Below, in pieces: positions 53,297 to 63,018 of a stretch of 64,000 nucleotides of DNA. The notes beneath the pieces were generated by a model, which saw nothing but the letters and a program-made list of their open reading frames with translations, was not told the origin of the DNA and did no database searches. This stretch comes from Acutalibacteraceae bacterium. Lineage in GTDB: Bacteria; Bacillota; Clostridia; Christensenellales; UBA1242. The stretch covers positions 8,649-72,648 of the forward strand of contig CAVCHC010000002.1 of NCBI GenBank assembly GCA_963602035.1. Reading direction: 5' to 3'. Position 1 is the stretch's first letter. Every line of letters begins with the position of its first letter. Position numbers and translations under genes: made by a program.

Positions 53297-54514
53297 TTAT
53301 TCAAAAACAACCTTAACGTGCACCTTTTTGCCTTTATGCACAACGATTTCGCCGTGCCCAGCGATTTCTTTGTTAAAGTCCGTTACCTTCTCGTCGCCAA
53401 TGGTCAGGCCGTTTTGCTCAATAAGACGCCTTGCCTCGCCCTTGCTTGCAACGATTTTTGCCGAGACCAGCATATCGCAAATATTGATTTTATCAATTTT
53501 GGCCAGTTTAACCGTTGGCATAGCCGCACTTGACGCGCCGCCACCAAACACCTCTTCGGCCGTTTTTTGCGCCGTTTTAGCGTTCTCTTCGCCGTGGATC
53601 AATTTGGTTACCTCGTATGCCATAAGTTTTTTGGCCTCGCGAATATCGCCCTGCATAATCTTAGCAATCGTGGCGTTGTCATAATCGCTAAACCATTTCA
53701 AAAGCTTTTCAACGTCTTCGTCAGCGGTGTTGATAAAGTATTGATAAAAGTCATACGCGCCCACTTTATCTTCACTTACCCAAAGCGCGCCGCCCGTGGT
53801 TTTGCCCATCTTTTCGCCCTTACTGTTAAGCAAAAGTGGCGTTGTAAGCGTTTCAACAACCTCGTTATATTTTTTGCGGATAAGGTCACAGCCAGACACC
53901 ATATTTGCCCATTGGTCAGACCCGCCAATCTGCAAGTTGCACCCATATTCTTTATGCAAATGCTCAAAATCGTGCGCCTGAATAAGGCCATACCCCATCT
54001 CTAAAAAGGTAAGCCCGCCCGATGCTAGCCTAGACTTGCACGCGTCGGTTGACAGCATAACGTTAACGTTGAAATGAATGCCAACGTCGCGCATAAACGA
54101 GATATAGTCATACCCCTTCATCCAGTCATTGTTGTTTAAGATGATGGCAGGGTTTTCTCCGTCCGTTTTGATAAACTTTTCAGCAAGACGCTTTACCTGC
54201 GCAATGTTTTTTTCAATCTGCTGGCTTGTTAAAACCGCACGAATGTCGCGCCTGCCAGTTGGATCCCCTATATGCGCCGTTGCCCCGCCAATGATTAAAA
54301 TGCCGTGATGCCCCGCGTCTTGAAGGTATTTAAACGTCCTAAGCGAGCAAAGGTGCCCGATATGCAGCGCGTCCGCCGTTGGGTCAATGCCAAGATAAAA
54401 GGTGCAAGGCTTGTCACTGTTAAGCATTTCTTTAACAGCGTCCATATTTGTTGACTGATACAACAAGCCCCTGTCCTTTAAAAAGTCGAATAATTTTTGT
54501 CCGTGAATATTCAT
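53297..54514 (-). CDS. tyrS: Tyrosyl-tRNA synthetase
   Basis: It has a HIGH motif (DALHIGHL), a KMGKT (KMSKS) motif and a C-terminal S4 domain. The start is set at the second ATG because of RBS spacing. Confidence 0.9.
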   Translation of the reverse strand: MNIHGQKLFDFLKDRGLLYQSTNMDAVKEMLNSDKPCTFYLGIDPTADALHIGHLCSLRTFKYLQDAGHHGILIIGGATAHIGDPTGRRDIRAVLTSQQIEKNIAQVKRLAEKFIKTDGENPAIILNNNDWMKGYDYISFMRDVGIHFNVNVMLSTDACKSRLASGGLTFLEMGYGLIQAHDFEHLHKEYGCNLQIGGSDQWANMVSGCDLIRKKYNEVVETLTTPLLLNSKGEKMGKTTGGALWVSEDKVGAYDFYQYFINTADEDVEKLLKWFSDYDNATIAKIMQGDIREAKKLMAYEVTKLIHGEENAKTAQKTAEEVFGGGASSAAMPTVKLAKIDKINICDMLVSAKIVASKGEARRLIEQNGLTIGDEKVTDFNKEIAGHGEIVVHKGKKVHVKVVFE

Positions 54515-54545
54515 CGATTTCATCCTTTTAGAAAAAATTTTTCGT

Positions 54546-54574
54546 ATTATACCACTCTTGATTTTTTAAATCAA
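54546..54574 (-). promoter_or_regulatory. tyrS promoter (extended -10)
   Basis: On the minus strand, TTGATT-17 nt-(TGg)TATAAT lies only about 30 nt upstream of the start codon. Confidence 0.55.
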
Positions 54575-54710
54575 GCCTTTTTCTTTCAATTGCGCGTATT
54601 TTTTAGCCTAACCCGACGCTACTTACGCATCCGTCAATGTTACTTACGCACCCACCAACACCAGCCGCTTTCTACTCAGCCTTACTTTCATTATTCTCAG
54701 CAGCCGAGGT

Positions 54711-55259
54711 TTATTCAGCCTTGGTTTCATCGGCCTCAGCAGTTACGCTTGTTTCGGCCTTAGTTTCAGCCGCATTAATTTCATCCGCCTGTACGTTTGC
54801 ATTTGTTTCACTTTCGCGAAGTTTTTTAATCGCAATCGCGTGTTTAAGTTTTAAAACCGCAAACAAAACAAAGATAAACGCAACCCACGCCCAAAGCAAT
54901 GTTGACGCCGTTTCTTTTGATAAAACCGCCATCAAAGTGGCCGCCGCCGCAAATACGAAATACAACACCGTGTACGTTATAAAATACGGCCTCATTTTAA
55001 GGTATTTTCCACGCTTAGTTAAAACTATTGACAGTATAAATGACGTTATCATCGCCGCGCCAACCACCAAAAGCGGTATGCCAAAATAGATAAACAACAC
55101 CAGCCCAAAGGTATACCCTATCGCGTCGCCCGCCGTACCCGCGCCGCCACCTGCGCTTATCATTGCGCCCACAAAATACCCGCTTATCATCGCGCAAATT
55201 ATGCCGATAATAAACTCAAAAACGCTCAGCACGCGCACGCTTTTAATCTTTTTCTCCAT
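54711..55259 (-). CDS. Integral membrane protein with an acidic Ala/Glu/Thr tail
   Basis: About 5 TM helices. The start is at MEKKIKSV after GGGAGGG. Confidence 0.5.
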   Translation of the reverse strand: MEKKIKSVRVLSVFEFIIGIICAMISGYFVGAMISAGGGAGTAGDAIGYTFGLVLFIYFGIPLLVVGAAMITSFILSIVLTKRGKYLKMRPYFITYTVLYFVFAAAATLMAVLSKETASTLLWAWVAFIFVLFAVLKLKHAIAIKKLRESETNANVQADEINAAETKAETSVTAEADETKAE

Positions 55260-55419
55260 AACACCCTCCCTTTTTTGCATTTTTTAGTTTTTATTTTTGT
55301 TTAATTTCAAATTGATAAAAGTTAAAAGTTAATCTGCAATGGCCTAATTTAGCCCACTTTAAAAATCAGCACGCCTTTTATTTACGCCGCCACATATTTG
55401 GGCGCCAAGACCGCAACTT

Positions 55420-57078
55420 TTACGCCTTCCAGCTTATCTGGCCTTTATCTATAATATATGTCAGTTTTGACAGTTTATCAAAATCGTGTTTAGCGGTAAA
55501 CATAATTATGGTCTTTTTTCCGCTGTAACTTTCAAAAAATTCATAAAGACGGCGCTTTTCATTCTCGTCAAGCGTGTTTGGATATTCATAGATAGCAACG
55601 CACGAACTGTCAACCAAAAACGCCCGCGCAAGGTTTAACAGATACATTTCAAACTCGTCAAACCCCGCCTCGAACACATTGGTGTCAAGCCCGTGTGAAA
55701 GCGACTGAATTTTGTCAAACAGCCCCACCTTTTTTAGCATTTTCGTTATTTTCGACTTGTTTTTGCTCATCAGTTCAAGGTTGGTTTTAATGCTTGTGTT
55801 TAAAAATTGTGGCTTGCTTGTAAGGTAATACATCTGTTTTCTAAACGACTTTTTGTTGTACGCAAAAATGTCTACCCCATCAATCAAAATCACGCCACTT
55901 TGAGGCTTAATCTTTTTGGTTAATAGGAAAAACAGTAAGCGTTTGCCTGACCGTTTCGCGCCTTTGACTAGGTTAAACTCGTTGTATTTAAAACTAAGGT
56001 CGGCGTCACGAATCTCGCCAAAAAACGGCGACGATTTATTGTCACACTTATAAGACACGTTAACAACGCTAAGGTCTTGCGAATCGCTGTAATCGCGAAT
56101 TTTGCCAAAGGCTAAAAGGTCCTCTGTGCTCATTGAAAGAATGGCGTCAATACGCTTGGTTGAAACGTCAACCTTTTCAACTTCAAGCCCGATGTTAATA
56201 AGGTTTACAATAAGTTCGGTGCACGTAAGCAGATACGGCGTCACAACCAAATACGTTTCAAGCGAAATTGCCTGCCCCGTCAAAAGCCAGATAAGAAAAC
56301 ACGTTATCAAAAAGATGACCGTGCGATAGAACGCAAAGTTCCAGTTATCCCGTAGGTCAGACACGTCAAGGCGCTTTTTATACGCCGAAATCGTGTTTTC
56401 AACCCGCGCATTATATTGCTGTTTATAAATATCTTTCGCTTCAAGTTCGCTGATTAAACTGTGGCTGGTGTACACGTCGTTCATATTTTCATACAAACTG
56501 TCTTTCGACTCTTGAAAACGCTTATGTTCTTTGCCATAGCGCTTGTTTAGATACCCCAAAATAAAATAGTCCGCAACTCCCAAAACCAAAAGCAAAAGCG
56601 CAACCCAAACGTTATACGTTAAAATGATAACAAACGTTATGCCCAGTTGCACGGCCTTGGATAGTTGCGTCGCAATCGTGTCTGTAAACGAGGCCAGCGC
56701 GTCCGCGTCACTGTTAACGCCGTTTAAAATCTTTTCGCGCCCCACGCCACGAAGACTGTCAGTAGTAGCGTCGGTTACCTTGTCAAAAATCTTGTTTTGA
56801 ACTTTGCGATAGTTGTCAGCAAAAAGTTGCCCCTGCCCCTTATAGTTAATGCTCCAAATAATCTGCCTTAAAATGTGCAGCTCCGCCTCAACGCCAAGCC
56901 AGATTACCGCCTGTTTAAAGTCGCCCACCGTTAGGCTTACAATCGCCTTAGCCGCAAAAATGGCAGCAACTGGCACCGTTACATACGCAATGATGGCCGT
57001 AAAAAGCTGAAAAATAAACCGCCAAAAAGACGGACGAACAAGCGTAACATAGTCTTTAATTTTATTATCCCTTGTCAT
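55420..57078 (-). CDS. ABC exporter half-transporter (TMD-NBD) with a degenerate nucleotide-binding domain
   Basis: It has a 6-TM ABC_membrane-like N-terminal half. The NBD motifs are degenerate: Walker A is GAKRSGKR (no S/T), the signature is LSHGL instead of LSGGQ, and Walker B is VAIYEYP with no D-E pair. Confidence 0.65.
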   Translation of the reverse strand: MTRDNKIKDYVTLVRPSFWRFIFQLFTAIIAYVTVPVAAIFAAKAIVSLTVGDFKQAVIWLGVEAELHILRQIIWSINYKGQGQLFADNYRKVQNKIFDKVTDATTDSLRGVGREKILNGVNSDADALASFTDTIATQLSKAVQLGITFVIILTYNVWVALLLLVLGVADYFILGYLNKRYGKEHKRFQESKDSLYENMNDVYTSHSLISELEAKDIYKQQYNARVENTISAYKKRLDVSDLRDNWNFAFYRTVIFLITCFLIWLLTGQAISLETYLVVTPYLLTCTELIVNLINIGLEVEKVDVSTKRIDAILSMSTEDLLAFGKIRDYSDSQDLSVVNVSYKCDNKSSPFFGEIRDADLSFKYNEFNLVKGAKRSGKRLLFFLLTKKIKPQSGVILIDGVDIFAYNKKSFRKQMYYLTSKPQFLNTSIKTNLELMSKNKSKITKMLKKVGLFDKIQSLSHGLDTNVFEAGFDEFEMYLLNLARAFLVDSSCVAIYEYPNTLDENEKRRLYEFFESYSGKKTIIMFTAKHDFDKLSKLTYIIDKGQISWKA

Positions 57079-57212
57079 ACGTTTATCCTTTCGATTGACT
57101 CTTTTTATAATGATAACATATATTTTTATATTTTCAAAATAATTTACGCCGAATAAATTGTTGCTTTTTTGGTGCGCGTGGGTATAATTAATGATAAGTA
57201 TTGGAGGAAATT

Positions 57213-57929
57213 ATGCTTGAAATCAAAAACCTTAGTTACAGCGTAACCGAAAACGGCCAAACTAAACAGATTTTAAACAACATCAATCTTAAATTTGAAG
57301 ATGGAAAAACATATTGCATAACCGGCCATAACGGAAGTGGTAAGTCTACCCTTTCAAAAATCATTATGGGCGTAATAAGCCCGTCAAGCGGCCAAATTAT
57401 CTTAAACGGGCAAGACATCACGCGCCTTCCGTCAAACGAGCGTGCGCAATTAGGGCTTGCATTCGCCTTTCAACAGCCCGTACGATTTAAAGGGCTAACG
57501 GTGCTTGACCTACTTGCGGTGGCAAGTGGCGAAAAAGAGAACGTCAGCAGTTGTTGCAACTATCTAAGCACGGTTGGCCTCTGCGCGCGCGATTACATCA
57601 ACCGCGAACTTGACGGTAAGCTTTCAGGCGGCGAACTTAAACGCATTGAAATCGCCACCACCCTTGCAAGAAAGGCCACCTGCAATATTTTTGACGAGCC
57701 CGAGGCCGGCATTGATATTTTCAGTTTTGAGGCGCTTGTTGACATCTTTAAAAAACTTAAATCAACCAACGCCACCAATATTATTGTAAGCCACCAAGAA
57801 AAACTGATGGCCTCGTGTGACAGTATTATCGTTTTAAGTCACGGCGAGGTTGAGGCGGTGGGCTCTCCGCGCAAGATAATTAAGGCGCTAAGTCATCAAA
57901 CGTGCAACCGATTAAGGAGGTCTAACTAA
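57213..57929 (+). CDS. sufC: Fe-S cluster assembly ATPase SufC
   Basis: Motifs present are GHNGSGKSTL, LSGGELKRIEI and FDEPEAGID. It is followed by a SufB/D gene with a TAATG overlap. Confidence 0.8.
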   Translation: MLEIKNLSYSVTENGQTKQILNNINLKFEDGKTYCITGHNGSGKSTLSKIIMGVISPSSGQIILNGQDITRLPSNERAQLGLAFAFQQPVRFKGLTVLDLLAVASGEKENVSSCCNYLSTVGLCARDYINRELDGKLSGGELKRIEIATTLARKATCNIFDEPEAGIDIFSFEALVDIFKKLKSTNATNIIVSHQEKLMASCDSIIVLSHGEVEAVGSPRKIIKALSHQTCNRLRRSN

Positions 57930-58849
57930 TGCATTTAACCAGCATTGACAAAGAACTTTTAGCCCAAGTGGCTGACCTTCACTCTATCCCTCAGGGCGCG
58001 ATAAACATACGAAAAAACGGCCAAGGCATTTTAAGAAACACAACGGCCGACATTGAAATCGTCCCAAAAACGGATAAGTCTGGCATAGACATCATCGTGC
58101 ACGCGGGCGTGGTTAACAAAAGCGTCCACATCCCCGTTATCATAACCGAGGGCGGCGTCAACGACCTTGTGTATAACGATTTTTACATCGGCGAAAACTG
58201 CGACGTTTTGATTGTGGCGGGTTGCGGCATCCATAACAATTCAAATTCAAAAAGCACGCACAACGGCATCCACACATTTCACCTTGAAAAAAATTGCAAG
58301 GTGCGCTATGTTGAAAAGCACCTTGGCCTTGGTTCGGGCGCTGAAAAGATACTTAACCCCGTAACCGAAGTTCATATGAAAAGCGGAAGCAATTTTGAGA
58401 TGGAAACGGTGCAACTTGGCGGCGTGTCAAGTTCTGTCCGCACCACTCGCGCTACCCTTGACGACGACGCACACCTTGTTATCAAAGAAAAAATAAAGAC
58501 TGATAATAATCAGTCCGCCAAAACCAAATTCACGGTTAACCTTAAAGGCGATAAGTCGTCTTGCAATATCGTAAGCCGAAGTGTTGCAAGCGATAATTCG
58601 TATCAACAGTTTGACAGCAAGTTGGTTGGCAACGCCAAGTGCTTTGGCCACGTTGAGTGTGACGGCCTTCTTGCTGACAACGCTCGCATTGTTTCAATTC
58701 CTCAAATCGACGCTAAAAATTCAAACGCCGAACTTATTCACGAGGCGCAAATCGGCAAAATCGCCGACGAGCAACTAACAAAACTTATGACGCTTGGCCT
58801 TAACCAAAAGCAAGCGGAAGACCTTATCATCAAAGCCTACCTTCGCTAA
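57929..58849 (+). CDS. Fe-S cluster assembly scaffold, short SufB/SufD family
   Basis: It has a beta-helix body and the C-terminal signature ELIHEAQIGKIADEQLTKLMTLGLNQKQAEDLIIKAYL. Confidence 0.75.
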   Translation: MHLTSIDKELLAQVADLHSIPQGAINIRKNGQGILRNTTADIEIVPKTDKSGIDIIVHAGVVNKSVHIPVIITEGGVNDLVYNDFYIGENCDVLIVAGCGIHNNSNSKSTHNGIHTFHLEKNCKVRYVEKHLGLGSGAEKILNPVTEVHMKSGSNFEMETVQLGGVSSSVRTTRATLDDDAHLVIKEKIKTDNNQSAKTKFTVNLKGDKSSCNIVSRSVASDNSYQQFDSKLVGNAKCFGHVECDGLLADNARIVSIPQIDAKNSNAELIHEAQIGKIADEQLTKLMTLGLNQKQAEDLIIKAYLR

Positions 58850-58850
58850 C

Positions 58851-59213
58851 CTACCAATCAATAACTTTATGAGAGTCGATTTTGATATCGTCATAATATG
58901 AAAAATACCCATCTTTAAAGCGGTCAATATTGCGTTTTTGCGCATTTTGTGCCGCTTTTTTCGTGTTTACTTTTCCATTTTGCGTTTTTTGCGCAATTTT
59001 ATTATTATTGCGATTTAAGTTATTTGCATTTTCTGCATTTTTGCCATCGCGCCCCAACATTTTGCTATTATTTTCTTTATCCGCCGCTATTTTTGCTAAA
59101 AACTCGCTATTAAAGTTTTCGTTCTCGTCTTCGTCGTCAAGTGGCACAAAGTCGCAAGGCGTAACGTCCTCATCAAGGCGCTCTGCTAGTTTAAACATAT
59201 CCGCTTCGTTCAT
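58851..59213 (-). CDS. Hypothetical Asn/Lys-rich protein
   Basis: 120-aa ORF whose start lies 3 nt after the stop of 59216..60136, so the two are translationally coupled. Confidence 0.45.
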   Translation of the reverse strand: MNEADMFKLAERLDEDVTPCDFVPLDDEDENENFNSEFLAKIAADKENNSKMLGRDGKNAENANNLNRNNNKIAQKTQNGKVNTKKAAQNAQKRNIDRFKDGYFSYYDDIKIDSHKVIDW

Positions 59214-59215
59214 TT

Positions 59216-60136
59216 TTATCTTCCCTTCGCCTGTTCATCCAGTTTGTCAAACACCATCGAGATGTCAAAAAAGTTAAAGTTTTCACCAATCTTTCTGCCA
59301 TCCGCGGTAACAAGAGGCAAAACTTTTTCATTAGTAAACAACTTAACCTTAACCCCATCGCTTAAAAGCAAAGAATTTATCTGCCTTAAAACGCCGCGGT
59401 CAATATTGTTAGCAAAAACGGCCACCTCAACGCATGGCAACTGAATAAAATCAAAGTTTAACATCGTTGGCATTTTTGAAAAATTCTGCACTACCCCATC
59501 TGCTGACTCCATTTCAATAGCAAGTGCGCTGCGACTAAGCGCCTCGGGTTGAAGCTTTAATTCTTTTGCAAGCGCAGGGTTCTTTTTTGCCATCTCACCA
59601 ATGATTTTTGTTGCAACATATTTGTTGATTATCCTTTGACAAGTCGCCTCAGTCTGGTCTTTACAAAGTTTGTCCAAAAACCTCTGGTCGGCCTTATCAA
59701 AAACAACACTTGCGAAATTCTGCTGCTCTTTATTGTTAACATCAAGCACATTTTTCACCGTCATCATCGCGTCAAAATTCATTCCGCACGCAACAACATT
59801 GCCTTCAAACGCGCCAAAATCAAGATAAGTGTCATAGTCAAGTTGGTCAATATTTAAAAACGCCTTCCCGCTTGCATCAATTAAAATGCGCCCACAAAGT
59901 TTATCAATACGCTGCTGCAAACTGTGAATCCGCGTATTAAAACTTTTGCACACACGATAATAGTCCTCACATTTTTGCGCGCTCGCCTCGTCACCCATCG
60001 CCCTAAACTCACGCATTGCGTAAAAATAATTGGCCTCATTTTGATTATCTATGCCAAGTTCTTCAAGTTCTTTAAAGGTTTTTCTTAGTTTTTCTGCCAG
60101 TTCTTGCACCTTTTCAACGTCATTATTTTTTGCCAT
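59216..60136 (-). CDS. Hypothetical protein
   Basis: 306-aa ORF with a coiled-coil-like N-terminus. No family recognised. Confidence 0.5.
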   Translation of the reverse strand: MAKNNDVEKVQELAEKLRKTFKELEELGIDNQNEANYFYAMREFRAMGDEASAQKCEDYYRVCKSFNTRIHSLQQRIDKLCGRILIDASGKAFLNIDQLDYDTYLDFGAFEGNVVACGMNFDAMMTVKNVLDVNNKEQQNFASVVFDKADQRFLDKLCKDQTEATCQRIINKYVATKIIGEMAKKNPALAKELKLQPEALSRSALAIEMESADGVVQNFSKMPTMLNFDFIQLPCVEVAVFANNIDRGVLRQINSLLLSDGVKVKLFTNEKVLPLVTADGRKIGENFNFFDISMVFDKLDEQAKGR

Positions 60137-60362
60137 AATTTTCTCCTCAGTTTTTGCATTTTTGAAACAATTTTATAATAATTGCGTTATATTTTTTAAT
60201 TTTAATATTGTTTTTGCGTTTTCTATTTGCTTTCGTGTTTTAAATTTTTCAGCAATTTTGCCACTTTAATTTATTTTTTATTGCCTTGATTTTTTTGGGC
60301 GATACTGCAAAGCTTAATATATTTCTTGCTTTATTTTTTATGCAAAATTACAAATTTTCGCC

Positions 60363-61730
60363 TTATCCATTTGCCCTTTCAATAACGCAAACAACCTCAC
60401 AGTGTCGCGTTTTGGGGAACATATCAAACGGCGTAACCGACTTGATTTTAAGCGCCGCGTCCATATCCAAAAGAAGCGCCAAATCGCGAGACAGGGTCGC
60501 CGAATTGCAAGAAACGTAAATTATTTTATCAGGTTTAGCGTCCGCAACTGCTTTTAAAACCTCACCAGTACACCCCTTTCGCGGCGGGTCAAGCACAATA
60601 TTAATTTTTTGATTATTTAATTTTTTAACAAGCGCAGGCAGGGTCTTAGTCGCGTCGCCATTAATGTTGACCATATTGCCAATTTTGTTTTCGCGCGCAA
60701 GGTTATCGGCGTCGCGCGTGGCCGCCTCAACAATCTCTAAACCATAAGATTTACTAGATTTTTTCGATGTTATGCCTGTCATAATACCTGCCCCGCTATA
60801 CACATCAAGCACCACCGCACCAGCCTCAATTTCGTCAAGCACCTTCCCATAAATCTTGTCGCGAATTTCATTATTTATTTGCATAAAACTTTCAGGGTTA
60901 ACATTAACTTTAAGCCCGCAAATTTCTTCACTCATCGGCTTGCCAAATTTAAGCAAAAACTCTCTACCAAAAATAACATTATTATTTAATTTATTGATAT
61001 TAACATACAGCACAACTTTGCCAAAAACAGCAACCAAATCATTATATAAACTTTCTAAATTTGGCAGTTTGTCGCTCGTTGCCACAAGGGTTAATGTAAG
61101 CGTATCACTAAGCCGCCTTACCACTATATGTTTAAGCAGTCCACCGCCAGTTTTTTCGCAAAAACCGCTTACGTTCTGCGTTTTTATATACTTTTTTACA
61201 ATTTCAATCACGTTTTTGCAGAATTTGTCAGTAATCAAACAGTCGTCAATTTCAATCAAATCGTGACTATTTTCGCGATAAAAACCTATCTTCGTTTCGC
61301 CACTTTCCCCGCTTACAGGCAATGCCATTTTGTTGCGATAAAAAAGCGGTTTGCTTGCTTGGCACGCATCAACACAAACGTCAAGATGGCCAATATTTTT
61401 AAGATTTTTTTGCACTTGATCTCTTTTAAATTCAAGTTGATATGGATAGTCCATATGCATCAAATCGCACCCGCCGCACTTGCCAAAATACGGGCATGCA
61501 GGCTCAACCCTATGCTCACTTTTTGATAAAAATTTAACAACCTTTCCAATTGCTATTTTGGTTTTGGTGTTTATAATTTGAATTAAAACCTCTTCGCCAG
61601 GCAACGCAAACTGAACAAAAACCACTTGCCCATTAACATGACAAACGCCCTCGCCATTCATCCCCAAACTTTCAATTTTAACAACAAATTGGTCGTTTTT
61701 ATTGATAACTTGTTCACTTTCGTTTTTCAT
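60363..61730 (-). CDS. rlmD: 23S rRNA (uracil-5-)-methyltransferase, RumA/RlmD family
   Basis: It has an N-terminal TRAM domain, an Fe-S cysteine cluster (CPYFGKCGGCDLMH), a SAM-MTase fold (DVYSGAGI) and the catalytic VSCN. Confidence 0.8.
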   Translation of the reverse strand: MKNESEQVINKNDQFVVKIESLGMNGEGVCHVNGQVVFVQFALPGEEVLIQIINTKTKIAIGKVVKFLSKSEHRVEPACPYFGKCGGCDLMHMDYPYQLEFKRDQVQKNLKNIGHLDVCVDACQASKPLFYRNKMALPVSGESGETKIGFYRENSHDLIEIDDCLITDKFCKNVIEIVKKYIKTQNVSGFCEKTGGGLLKHIVVRRLSDTLTLTLVATSDKLPNLESLYNDLVAVFGKVVLYVNINKLNNNVIFGREFLLKFGKPMSEEICGLKVNVNPESFMQINNEIRDKIYGKVLDEIEAGAVVLDVYSGAGIMTGITSKKSSKSYGLEIVEAATRDADNLARENKIGNMVNINGDATKTLPALVKKLNNQKINIVLDPPRKGCTGEVLKAVADAKPDKIIYVSCNSATLSRDLALLLDMDAALKIKSVTPFDMFPKTRHCEVVCVIERANG

Positions 61731-61818
61731 AGTTTTATTTTACCAAATTTAAAGCAAAAACGCAACACCAACCGCCAAAATACTTGAAATTTTCTTCATT
61801 TCTTTATATAATACGCAT

Positions 61819-62862
61819 ATGAATAAATACGCAAAAAAATTAATAACAGCATCTACATGCAACGTCTGCCCGCGAATGTGCAACGTTGACCGCACCACCA
61901 CCCTTGGTTTTTGCAAGTCTCCAAAAAATGCAATGATAAGCAAGATTATGATTCATAATTGGGAAGAGCCGATTTTAACCAACATTTTTGATGACGACCC
62001 CACCCCAACCTGCGAGAACTCAACCGCCAACACCACAACCACCAACAACCCAACGGACAACACCGCAACCTGCAACGCCACCACGGCCAACAACTTTACA
62101 CAAACCGCCGATTTCCAAAACTCAAACAAAAATGAAAAACGCGGGTGCGGCGCCATATTTTTTGCCAGTTGCAACCTTAGGTGCATTTATTGCCAAAATT
62201 ACAAAATAAGCCAATTGCCCACCTGCGCAGTAAGTTACACCCCGCACGAACTTGCCCAAGTTTTTCGCGACCTTGAAAAACAAAACGTTGCATGCATTGA
62301 CCTTGTTACCCCCACTCATTTTGCGCCAGAAATCATCAAGGCGCTTGAAATTTATAAGCCAAAAATTCCTATCGTTTATAACACAAGTGGCTATGAAAAC
62401 GCCGAAACAATTAGGGCATTAAAAGGCTACGTTGACATATTTTTGTTTGATTTTAAATACTTTTCAAACGCCACCGCAAAAGAATATTCAAAAGCCGCTG
62501 ACTACCCAGAAAAGTGCAAAATTGCCCTTCTTGAAGCGAAAAAGTGGCTAAAAAATGACGTTTTTGATGGTAAACTGCTAAAATCGGGGATAATCATCCG
62601 CCACCTACTTTTACCCCAAAACAGCGAAGACGGCGTACAAATTTTAAAGTGGATAGAAAAGAATTTGGGCAAGCGCACCTACGTTTCTCTTCTTAATCAA
62701 TACACTCCTGAGGGCGAGGCAACCACGCATCCAGTTTTAAAAAACCGCCCAACCGCGCTTGAATATAAGCGACTTGTAAACATGGCCATTTCTCTTGATA
62801 TGCCAAACGTTTTCATCCAAGACGCCGCCTCTGCCTCCGCCGCCTTTATCCCCGATTTTTAG
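61819..62862 (+). CDS. Radical SAM enzyme, PflX-like (pyruvate formate-lyase activase-related), with a Thr/Asn-rich insertion
   Basis: It has CPRMCNVDR..GFC, HNWEEP and the radical-SAM CNLRCIYCQN. A ~54-aa low-complexity insert lies between HNWEEPILT and GCGAIFF. Confidence 0.75.
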   Translation: MNKYAKKLITASTCNVCPRMCNVDRTTTLGFCKSPKNAMISKIMIHNWEEPILTNIFDDDPTPTCENSTANTTTTNNPTDNTATCNATTANNFTQTADFQNSNKNEKRGCGAIFFASCNLRCIYCQNYKISQLPTCAVSYTPHELAQVFRDLEKQNVACIDLVTPTHFAPEIIKALEIYKPKIPIVYNTSGYENAETIRALKGYVDIFLFDFKYFSNATAKEYSKAADYPEKCKIALLEAKKWLKNDVFDGKLLKSGIIIRHLLLPQNSEDGVQILKWIEKNLGKRTYVSLLNQYTPEGEATTHPVLKNRPTALEYKRLVNMAISLDMPNVFIQDAASASAAFIPDF

Positions 62863-62904
62863 TTCGCGACTTTCGTCTGTGTGGCTTTTAACTAATTTTT
62901 CTAC

Positions 62905-63018
62905 GCTTTTACTTTTCCCCCTTTAAGTATCTTCTTCCCACCCCTTTACTTGTACCCCTTTTAAGTATCTTTTTTCCACCCTTCACTTGTACTCTTTTAA
63001 GTACCACCTCTCCGCCAC
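62905..63018. repeat. ~38-bp tandem repeat x3, C/T-rich
   Basis: The unit is CCTTTACTTGTACCCCTTTTAAGTATCTTTTTTCCACC, with diverged flanking copies. Confidence 0.7.

Noticed and set aside
61749-61943. 64-aa ORF containing VVRSTLHIRG, superficially like the GC-module translation
   Set aside because: The underlying DNA is antisense to the 5' end of the radical SAM gene and does not contain the GC module. The resemblance is coincidental.
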